From NCBI RefSeq assembly GCF_964355755.1, contig NC_092680.1, forward strand, positions 18,919,045-18,983,044: 64,000 bases of DNA. The letters run 5' to 3'. Shown one piece after another: positions 48,741-59,900 of this stretch. The first letter of the stretch is position 1, and each line of letters opens with the position of its first letter. Source of the stretch: Antedon mediterranea. Lineage: Eukaryota; Animalia; Echinodermata. Under the pieces are notes generated by a model. The model was given only the letters and a program-made list of their open reading frames with translations, was not told the DNA's origin and made no database searches. A program made the position numbers and the translations under genes.

Positions 48741-50867
48741 AATTATGTCAATAATTCGACATAATGAACGTGATAATTAATAATATTATTATTAATTATC
48801 ACTTTCTGACCAGTGGTTGATGAGATATTCATATGGCCAATTTCCTGACCAGTGGTCAGAAAAGGGGTTTCCGTCCACTTTGGCAAAAGTTGAATTAGAG
48901 TGAATAGAAATACGGGTCCTCTGAGATTATTGGGTGTATTCGGGGGTGTATTCCAATACACCCAGTAGTTACCAAATTACGCACAGTCCAAAATTTCACC
49001 ATATTGACCTGTTGGCCCCTGTACTGACCAAGCAAATTCTTTACTCCATGATATGAACCTACGAAAAGTCAATGTGGAGACCACCACTGATATGATAGGC
49101 ATTTCCAAACAAATCTTGTACAAAAATAACATAAAATTATGCCGGGAAATGTATAGATTATATATAATTGGAAAGCTAGAACAATTATATAGACATTGTT
49201 TGCTGGCACCAGTCTACAGTATATAGGGCAGATTAGTGCACATAGACTCAGCTGATACAAATATGCCTACAGTAAGATATTAATACATTATTATTTACAA
49301 AAAAATATAGTATAGGCCTACTTGTGCCCGGTCTAAACTATCATTAACATGCTCGTCTATTGTTAAAACTGTGGAATATTTTCTATAGGCCTACACTATT
49401 ACCTTTAGTTGTCTGTATAAATAAAAATTCAAGCCGCATACGGAGGTATTTAGTCAGTGATAATTTCAGTTAAGTATTATACACGATCTTTTGCTGTCAA
49501 CGATTTATGGGAATTTCCAGATATGACTAATAATTATTATAAACGACGCAAACTCAGTCGATTGATGTTCCGCCCTCTTCGGTGGATCGAGTGTTTAGAA
49601 GGAGCCAGAATAATAATTTATAAGAAGAATAAGAATAATGTATTTCGGATAGTACATCCATTATACAAAACATACACAACACTGCGTTTGTCTGTTTGTT
49701 TGTCTTTTGTGATAAACAGTTTGTCTGTTTTTGATTGTTTGTCTGTACTATTACTACTACCACTTACCGAAAACAACCGAAAACAAAATAAAACAAGAAA
49801 TATTTTTTATAAAAAACGCCGCTCGACATTTTAAAATTAATCATTGTTCTTTCTTCAGATATATTAAATGATTAATTATTAAAAAGATGTCCTTTAATCG
49901 CAAAAATACATACAGATCAAACATAGTTCTTTAATTATGAATCACTTTATGCCCATACTATGGAAACGTGTAACAACATAAAAATATGTTGGTTAATAGC
50001 AAAAATACACAAAATCTAACATAGCTATTTAATTCCCGATTTAATTATAAATCACATCATGCCCATTTTGTCACCAGTTAATTTAATATAAATACACAAT
50101 TTTCAATCAAAATGTTTATTAAAAATATGTTTTTGTTACCATAGAAATATGTAATAAATAAAAATATGCTGAATCGTAAAACCTATTTGCACGATCAATT
50201 TTCTTTTTCAAGCTGTCGAAATTACATCATGTGTTCATTGAAGAATTTGATTCTGATAATTTACTTTCATATTTTCTTCCATGACAGTAGAGATTAAATA
50301 CCTGTTGATAAATAATAATTTAATTAAATAAATTCACTTTAAAAAATAATCTGTATTAATTTTTATAATAAATATTAACTGAAGTTAACCATTAATCGCA
50401 AAAATAGCGAAAACAAATTTGTACAATATTTTTTTTTAATGTCTCCCTCTAGACTGATGGTCTAAAGCTGAGACTTCAGAAGGAGACCGCTACGAAATGG
50501 TAGTGTGCACAAAATAAAACTCTAAATCGTACAAATTCAATAATAACACCGTACATTTACTTACAAAATATGTAAACACATTTCGTTTTTAGTCTTCCCC
50601 TTCTCCTTTGTACACACCACGTGACACCGACACATTGCCGTATCATTCAAAAGTTAATAGATAAAGTTACATAAAAAAAATCAACTTATTTCTACAACGT
50701 AGAGAAAAGCTGGAAGTCGTATGGTTACATATTTGTTGCGTATTTTGGGGGGATTACATTCCTTCATTTGAGTTTGTGACCTTAAAGGAAAACCACCGTG
50801 ATTGAACACGTTTGTCGGAAAAGTATGATATTTCCTGATAAAAATCAATGACTTTCATTTTAAGTAA

Positions 50868-51140
50868 GGGTGTGTGGCGCAGTGTGTTGGACTACTGATC
50901 GTGAGATCGCGGTTCGAATCCAACTCTAGCCGCAATGCTTGTATTCTTAGGCAAGATACTTTACTTACGTTTGCCTCTCTCCACCCAGGTGTATAAACAC
51001 ACAACTTTGCCCTGATTACTAGCTGCATTATGGGAGTATGTTCCCATACGTGTTTGATGCAAAAAACGACCGGGGTAATGATGTTCAGCGCTTAGTTAGA
51101 GTTTTCACAACATTAGGCGCTATATAAATCCAGGATATTT
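50868..51140 (+). mobile_element. tRNA-derived SINE with Deu/Nin-type core and L2-like tail
   Basis: A box TGGCGCAGTG (50875) and B box GGTTCGAATCC (50911); core ttcttaggcaagatactttac...ctctctccacccaggtgtataaa; tail agcgctt...ggcgctatataaat. Confidence 0.85.
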
Positions 51141-54111
51141 TTTAAGCGACAATAAAACTACAGTATAATGTATATTTCGTCTTCCCCGGGGCTCTGCGTT
51201 ATAGCGTAATTCGAGGTCGTTTTAATCAGATTTAGGGGAGGCAACTTTTGTCATTTTTATTGGTACATCTAAATAAAATACTATGTGCAAAACATATTTC
51301 ACGAGGTCTGATGGTATGCGTTACCGTGTTTAAAATACATTGTTTTAATTTAAAAAATGAAGTGACCTTTAAAGTTCAGTATATGCCTATATAGAATATT
51401 TATCGAGTAAATTTTACCATAGAAAATTTTACGCGAACGTAAAACATACCCACGAGCCAAGACACTATTATATACTTTAAATGACAGTTCCGAATCAACT
51501 ACTCTGTAATAACTATACTGTTTTCCGGATTACGGACCGGAGAATACGGGTTTTATCGTATTTTGGAAGAACGATATTTTCTTGCCAACACGAAAAGGTA
51601 CCTATTGATCTAACTGTTCGGTTTTTATGCTTGGGGTAAGCAATCTCTGTTCAAGACAGTAATGCTTGTTGTTTGTCAGATTTAACCTATTATCTAACCA
51701 ATCAAATAATTAGAATATCTGATAACTTTCAACCAATCAAATGCAAGCATTAAAAGTACATGGTCAAAATTGACTACGACATAAAGTAGGCCTACAATGA
51801 TATTATTAAGCATATATTTTTTTCTCCATAGCCCACTAATTTAGCCACCAGCGGAAAGCTTTGGGCCCTATTTACCATGCGAAATATTATTATATGAATT
51901 ATTATTGTTATTTTAAACATAATACAATTATAGAAAGATATGGTTTAGCATTGAGTTATTTTTATGGTGCTTTGTGAAAATTATCAAAAACAAATACTAT
52001 TTTAAACAATTATTTTGTTTTTATTTTCATTGTATTATTGATGTTTTTTATGTTCTTGTGAATAGTACAATTTATTAAAAGAATGCAAAACAAAAAAGTC
52101 AGTTTAATTGTTTTGTGTATTTAAATTTACGGCTTACGTCAATTGAGCTCTCTGATGAACATTAAAACAAGTCTAGCGCCCTCTATTTTGTGGTTAGTCC
52201 ATTGCCGGAGCATGGATGACTTTTATTTAATTTATTCAGACATAATTCCTACATGGCCGGAGTAACAATACATTTTATCAGTGGTATATCATGTTTGTGT
52301 AGGCTTGTATGACAATGTTCGGCAATTCCAGAGAAGAATGAATCATTTTTTTGACTATACTGACTTATCAAAAACGTTTTTCTTCATTATTATTTATTCT
52401 TCTATTTTATTTTTTTGTATAAATTATTCACGCATACAAAATCGTCATATTTTACATGGGGCTACCTAGTGTATAGCCGTAATATACAATTTATAGGTGT
52501 ATTATCATATTTTCTAAATCGTAGACTACATACAAAAAAATAACAGTATCACTATTAATCTTCTCTAATCTTCGTATGACCACATACTTCAGCATTATCA
52601 CATTTACACCATTAAGGATCTATGAAGTTTATACAATTATCAATGTTTTTTACATTGCTTTTTGCAACAAATCGAATATATGTATACAATATTATTATTA
52701 AACATCACCTATAGGCCTTAAAAAAAAAAATGTGTAGTAAATTACGATGTTCTAACAAATGGACACATCCCTCTATGCCCATCCAAAAAATAATAAAATA
52801 AACATTGAAATAAGCATTCAGTGTGAATTTCTATGATGGTAGTTACATGGAGCCGGTGCTGTTACTACTTATCTTGAACGCAATTGCATTCAGTGTAAGT
52901 AAATAACAATAATACAAATGGACTAACAGGCTCTGTCACGGAACGTTGAGGGGTGAAGTTAGTTAGATCCAACAGCAAACTTTTCAAGCTATGTATGCAA
53001 AGAATATTCTTTGGTATAACACCAGTTAGATCCGGTTTAGAATACGCGCGTACTGTTGCAGACAACTAAATTAGCCAATCAGCACAAACTATTTGCTAAT
53101 TAACATACTTAGTTGCCCAGCTTTGGGCCATTTTGGAAGAAGAAGGCGAAGAGGAGACTGCAAAGAGAAGCCTGACGAAAAAGAGACAGCAATAGGTAGG
53201 TGATATTTGTTCGAAAATATACACTACTTAGGCGTAATTGGCTTCCTTTGGCAACTTTAATACAAAAATAGTATTTTATACTAATTTTGTAACATAATTT
53301 AGTTTTTAAAACACTCGAATTCGACAGATTTCTTCAGTTTAGACTGAGCTCAAGTGTTTCCTCAAACCCCACCCACTCAGCATAGGCCTACATACATACT
53401 TCTTGTCCATCTCACATCGAATAGAATTATTGTTAAATACCTAGTGCTAATAATTTCATTTTTATTTATTGAGTCTTAATTATGGATGTATAAAAGACAT
53501 GATTGTAATAATTAATGGATAGCTTTGCGTCTTATTGGTTAGTTTTATCGAGCACTTCTAGATTTGTCCACACTGAACTTGTTTTTGGATGTAATTGGTT
53601 TATTTAATGTCCTTTGAGTTAACAGATATTTGCTGCTACTGTGTTTTAATTTGAATACAGTACCTGATATACATAGTTACAATAGTCCTGATATTTGTTT
53701 TTTTATGGTGCGCCCTCCTTGGTACCATCATGGGCTTGCTGTTGGCTGTTTCTAGGTATTTTATTTATCCAAACAAAAAAAACCACCAAATTCTGCTTTA
53801 ATTAGTGATTGAATTTATTATATATATTGCCTTTATTATTTTTATTGTGTAGGCCTACATTTTAAGAACGTTTACACTAGGATAGGGAAGTTGAATTAAA
53901 TTTCCCTAGATTGATGATTGATGTTCTTTTTGCAGGTCCAACTTCAAATTTAAACAACGGTATTGCGTTATAAAAATAAAAGCTTTTGGTAATTCTTGTT
54001 GGCCTACTGTAGTCTCTTTGTTCTCCGACCATGTGAAGACATTGCAGCACTGCACGGCTTCTAAAGTTTTTACGCTATTCACGAAAAAAGTTTTTCAGTC
54101 TCAATGTTTTG

Positions 54112-54302
54112 CACGTTCCAGCCTAGATGTTTAATTGTGTGATGTTCCGGCCTAGATGTTTATTTTATCTGTTCCGGCCTAGATGTTTTATTTTTGTGTG
54201 TTCCGACCTAGATGTTTTATTTTGTGTGTTCCGGCCTAGATGTTTTTTTTTGTGTGTTCCGGCCTAGATGTTGTTATTTGTTTGTGTTCCGGCCTAGATG
54301 TT
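54112..54302. repeat. ~29-bp tandem repeat, 7 units (tgttccggcctagatgttt...)
   Basis: Core gttccggcctagatgtt separated by T/G-rich spacers. Confidence 0.92.
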
Positions 54303-55589
54303 TGTATGAAGACATCAAAGTAAGACCTAACCAATAACACCTCATAACTAACATATAGATATTGCAAATATTCATATCTATGTGTTAATTTGTGGTTATT
54401 CCTTTACAGATTACTAACACCATATTAGAGTAAGTTTATTCACAGGTTGATGCTATCCTGCTTTACCCCTCCTCCCTTCCACACACAAATATTATATATT
54501 ATATTATATATAATCTATTATAATATAAAAATATATATTTGTATGTGTAGCCTAATGTTGTATCATGCATTGATAGGTTTAGAAATGTTAGTTATTTTTA
54601 AAAAATGTTACAGATGTAATTTCTTTGTGTTATTCAGTTAGAATAATATATTATTTTAAAGTTTAATTTTGCAATATGCATCTATAGTATTTATTTGATT
54701 ATATATTTTAAGTGTTTATATACATAATTTACTTATTTATTTAAGTTTGTATTCAGTACATGTTAATATAGTATTGTATAATAATATTCACATTATGTTA
54801 TAATATATAACATTTTTTATATTATTCATACAATATTTATCATATTTTATATTATACAACTATATATGCTTGTATTATAGTGCATTTGTTTTCAGTAACT
54901 AACAGACCAAAAGATTGAGCTGAGGATACCACCTGTGTCACCTGTATTAGTCTTTGATGTTTATTTTAATTCTATTTTCATGCATAATTTTATGATTAAA
55001 CTGATTATTATTTATGATATTTTTTATATAACATCAGCTTTACTCATTATACACAATTGTAAGTCAGTAAACATTAAGTTAAAAACATCACATCATGTTC
55101 AGCAAAGTTATTAAACAATTGTAAGAGTATGTTTATTGGAACACCATCATATACACATTATTTTTACAATTGTAAGTACTATACTTAAGACATACTAAAA
55201 TATTAAATGTATACAATTGTAAGATGATTATAACTAACACTTAGATAATGCATGATACAACCCCAGTTGTGCTCCCCACCCCCTATTCCCTCGCACACTG
55301 GTTTTTACCCTATGGAAATTGAATCACAAAGGTAGGTTATTAACACAGCAAGACATCGCTTCAAGCATCCAAGCATCAAATCAAGTAAGATTTTGTAACT
55401 AGCTGTTAGGGACTGTCTGTAGATAAAAATAACTCATGATTTTCGCGGATTCAAATGTAGCCCCAGCTACTAATGGTTAAAATTTCCATGATGCCCCCTG
55501 GCATCTTGCGGGCAATATATTGCTAGTCTGTTGAAACTCGACAATTTTTGCGGTTTCAAATGTAGCCACAGCCACTAATTGGTTTTCGC

Positions 55590-56780
55590 GTTGTCTTTAA
55601 TTTTATCAAACTCTAACCAATTTCTTTCACAGTGATCGCATATTTATTTTGAAATAAATTATATTAAATGGTTGTCTGTGTCTTTTATTTTATCAAACTC
55701 TAACCAATTTCTTTCACAGGATCACAAATTTATTTTGAAATAAATTATTTTAAATGGTTGTCTGTCTTTTATTTGATCAAACTCTAACCAATTTCTTTCA
55801 CATAATCTCAGGTTTATTTTGAAATAAACATTTTTAAATGGTTGTCTGTGTCTTTTATTTGTAGAAACTTCACCTAATTTCTTTCACAGGATCACAAATT
55901 TATTTTGAAATAAATTATTTTAAATGGTTGTCGTGTCTTTTATTTTATCAAACTCTAACCAATTTCTTTCACGGGATCACAAATTTATTTTGAAATAAAT
56001 TATATTAAATGGTTGTCTGTGTCTTTTATTTTATCAAACTCTAACCAATTTCTTTCACATAATCACAGGTTTATTCAGGTTTGTTTTGAAATAAACATTT
56101 TTAAATGGTTGTCTGTGTCTTTTATTTGTTCAAACTTCACCTAATTTCTTTCACAGGATCACATATTTATTTTGAAATAAATTATATTAAATGGTTGTCT
56201 GTGTCTTTTATTTTATCAAACTCTAACCAATTTCTTTCATAGGATCATAAATTTATTTTGAAATAAATTATTTTAAATGGTTGTCTGTGTCTTTTATTTG
56301 TTCAAACTTCACCTAATTTCTTTCACAGGATCACAGGTTTATTTTGAAATAAACATTTTTAAATTGTTGTCTGTGTCTTTATTTGTTCAAATTTCACAAT
56401 TTCTTTCACAGGATCGCGGGTTTATTTTGAAATAAACATTTTTAAATTGTTGTCCGTGTCATTCATTTTATCAAAGAGTTGTCTGTGTGGTTGTCTGTGT
56501 CTTTTATTTGATTAAACTCAGCTATTTTCTTTCACAGGATCACAAATTTATTTTGAAATAAACATTTTTAAATGGTTGTCTGTCTTTTATTTGGTTAAAC
56601 TGAAGCTAATTTCTTTCACAGCGCACGGTTTATTTTAAAATAAAAATTTTTAAATGGTTGTCAGTGTCTTTTATTTGATCAAACTCTTAACATTTTCGTT
56701 CACAGGATCGCAAATTTATTTTAAAATAAATGTTTCTAAATGTGTCTTACTTGATCAAACTCTACTTAATTTCTTTCACA
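55590..56780. repeat. ~85-bp minisatellite, ~14 units
   Basis: Unit tttattttgaaataaattattttaaatggttgtctgtgtcttttattttatcaaactctaaccaatttctttcacaggatcacaaa; anchors at 55643 and 55729 (86 bp apart). Confidence 0.93.
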
Positions 56781-56959
56781 AAATTACATGGTTTAATTAC
56801 ACCTTATTTATTATTTATTAGGCCCTTATTTTCATTATTTTGCTATTTTATTTAGAATTTCTATGTCCATTTCCAAATACTCCCCACTGTTGTTGCTATG
56901 TAATTAACACTCTGTGGCAAGATCTTTATTTTTTCAGGTTGTCTAAGATGCATTTAACA

Positions 56960-59900
56960 CATCCAGATGTTCACCCTATGACAAGACAATTGATGTATTC
57001 AACATTCAACTCATCAAGTCAAGATGTACACCCCATAACAAGACAACTGATGTATTCAACATTCAACTCATCCAGTCAAGATACACATCCCATAACAAGA
57101 CAATTGATGCATTCAACATTCAACTCATCCAGTTAAGATGTACATCCCATAACAAGACAACTGATGTATTCAACATTCAACTCATCCAGTCGAAATGTAC
57201 ATTCCATAACAAGACAACTGATGTATTCAACATTCAACTCATTCAGTCAAGATGTACATCTTATAACGAGACAAGTGATGTATTCAACATTCAACTCATC
57301 CAGTCAAGATGTAGACCCCATAACAAGACAAGTGATGTATTCAACATGCAACTCATCCAGTCAAGATGTACACCCAATAACAAGACAACTGATGTATTCA
57401 ACATTCAACTCGTCCAGTCAAGATGTACACCCATAACAAGACAACTAATGTATTCAACATTCAACTCATCCAGTCAAGATGTACATCCCATAACAAGACA
57501 ACTGATGTCTTCAAAATTCAACTCATCCAGTCAAGATGTACACCCAATAACAAGACAATTGATGTATTCAACATTCAACTCATCCAGTCAAGATGTACAC
57601 CCCATAACAACACAATTGATGTATTCAACATTCCACTCTACCAGTCAACATGTACATTCCACAACAAGACAATTGATGTATTCAACATTCAACTCATCCT
57701 GTCAACATTTACATCCCATAACAAGACAACTGATGTATTCAACATTCAACTCATCCACTCAACATTTACATCCCATAACAAGACAACTAATGTATTCAAC
57801 ATTCAACTCATCCAGTAAAGATGTACACCCCATAACAAGACAATTGATGCATTCAACATTCAACTCATCCAGTCAAGATGTACACCCAATAACAAGACAA
57901 TTGATGCATTCAACATTCAACTCATCCAGTCAAGATGTACACCCCATAACAAGACAACTGATGCATTCAACATTCAAATCATCAAGTCAAGATGTACACC
58001 CCATAACAAGACAATTGATGTATTCAACATTCAACTCATCAAGTCAACATTTACATCCCATAACAAGACAATTGATGTATTCAACATTCAACTCATCCAG
58101 TAAAGATGTACACCCCATAACAAGCCAAGTGATGCATTCAACATTCAACTCATCCAGTCAAGATGTACACTCAATAACAAGCCAAGTGATGTATTCAACA
58201 TTCAACTCATCCAGTCAAGATGTACACCCCATAACAAGACAATTGATGCATTCAACATTCAACTCATCCAGTCAAGATGTACACCCCATAACAAGACAAT
58301 TGATGTATTCAACATTCAACTCATACCGTCAAGATGTACACCCTATGACAAGACAATTGATGCATTCAACATGCAACTCATCCAGTTAAGATGTACATCC
58401 CATAACAAGACAATTGATGCATTCAACATTCAACTCATCCAGTCAAGATGTACACCCAATAACAAGACAATTGATGCATTCAACATTCAACTCATCCAGT
58501 CAAGATGTACACCCCATAACAAGACAACTGATGCATTCAACATTCAAATCATCAAGTCAAGATGTACACCCAATAACAAGAAAAGTGATGTATTCAACAT
58601 TCAACTCATTCAGTCACGATGTACACCCCATAACAAGACAATTGATGTATTCAACATTCAACTCATCAAGTCAACATTTATATCCCATAACAAGACAATT
58701 GATGTATTCAACATTCAACTCATCCAGTAAAGATGTACACCCCATAACAAGCCAAGTGATGCATTCAACATTCAACTCATCCAGTCAAGATGTACATCCC
58801 ATAACAAGAAAATTGATGCATTCAACTCATACCGTCAAGATGTACACCATATGACAAGACAATTGATGCATTCAACATGCAACTCATCCAGTTAAGATGT
58901 ACATCCCATAACAAGACAATTGATGCATTCAACATTCAACTCATCCAGTTGAAATGTACATTCTATAACAAGACAACTGTTGTATTCAACATTCAACTAA
59001 ACCAGTTAAAAGAGGTACATCCCATAACAAGACAATTAATCTATTCAACATTCAACTCGTCCAGTCAAAATGTACATTCCATAACAAGACAACTGATGTA
59101 TTCAACATTCAACTCATCCAGTCAAGATGTACACCCTATGACCACACAATTGATGCATTCAACATGCAACTCATCCATTCACGATGTACATCCCATAACA
59201 AGACAAGTGATGCATTCAACATTCAACTCATCCAGTCAAGATTTACACCCCATAACAAGACAACTGGTGTTTAACATTCAAATCATCCAGTCAAGATATA
59301 CACCCCATAACAAGACAAGTGATGCATTCAACATTCAACTCATCCAGTCAAGATGTACACCCCATAACAAGACAATTGATGTATTCAACATTCAACTCAT
59401 CCAGTCAAGATGTACACCCCATAACAAGACAATTGATGTATTCAACATTCAACTCTATCAGTAACATGTACATCCCATAACAAGACAATTGATGCATTCA
59501 ACATGCAACTCATACTGTCAAGATGTACACCCTATGACAAGACAATTGATGCATTCAACATTCAACTCATCCAGTTAAGATGTACATCCCATAACAAGAC
59601 AATTGATGCATTCAACATTCAACTCATACTGTCAAGATGTACACCCCATAACAAGACAATTGATGCATTCAACATTCAACTCATCCAGTTAAGATGTACG
59701 TCCCATAACAAGATAATTGATGCATTCAACATTCAACTCATACTGTCAAGATGTACACCCCATAACAAGACAATTAATGTATTCAACATTCAACTCATCC
59801 AGTGAAGATGTACATCTTATAACAAGACAATTGATGTATTCAACATTCAACTCATCCAGTCAAGATGTACACCCAATAACAAGACAATTGATGCATTCAA

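Larger units (their letters stand above)
53120..56960 (+). ncRNA. Candidate spliced long non-coding RNA (or multi-exon 5' UTR) made of micro-exons, ending in the 57-bp satellite
   Basis: CCAAT box (agccaatcag, ~53072) and YY1-like gccatttt (53127) precede a purine-rich first exon ending AG|GTAGGT (53195). Paired acceptor/donor micro-exons follow at 53936-53959, 54298-54319, 54410-54429 and 55349-55384, then a terminal acceptor ttttttcAG at 56937. No long ORF results on joining. Confidence 0.35.

Noticed and set aside
49069-49260. Hydrophobic 63-aa minus-strand ORF between duplicated blocks
   Set aside because: No similarity to the GTPase exons; contains ttatatataattggaaagct, typical of non-autonomous DNA transposon interiors; hydrophobicity follows from T-richness.
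50868-50930. Possible tRNA gene
   Set aside because: A and B boxes are present but there is no complete cloverleaf, and the sequence continues into a SINE core and tail shared with 34665-34935.
54112-55225. CRISPR-like appearance of short conserved repeats with variable spacers
   Set aside because: Eukaryotic context, no cas genes, spacers are low-complexity or irregular in length, and repeats are too short.
53196-55590. snoRNA-host-gene interpretation of the micro-exon chain
   Set aside because: No convincing box C/D pair with terminal stem or H/ACA fold could be seen in the introns by eye; a snoReport/Infernal scan would be needed to revive it.
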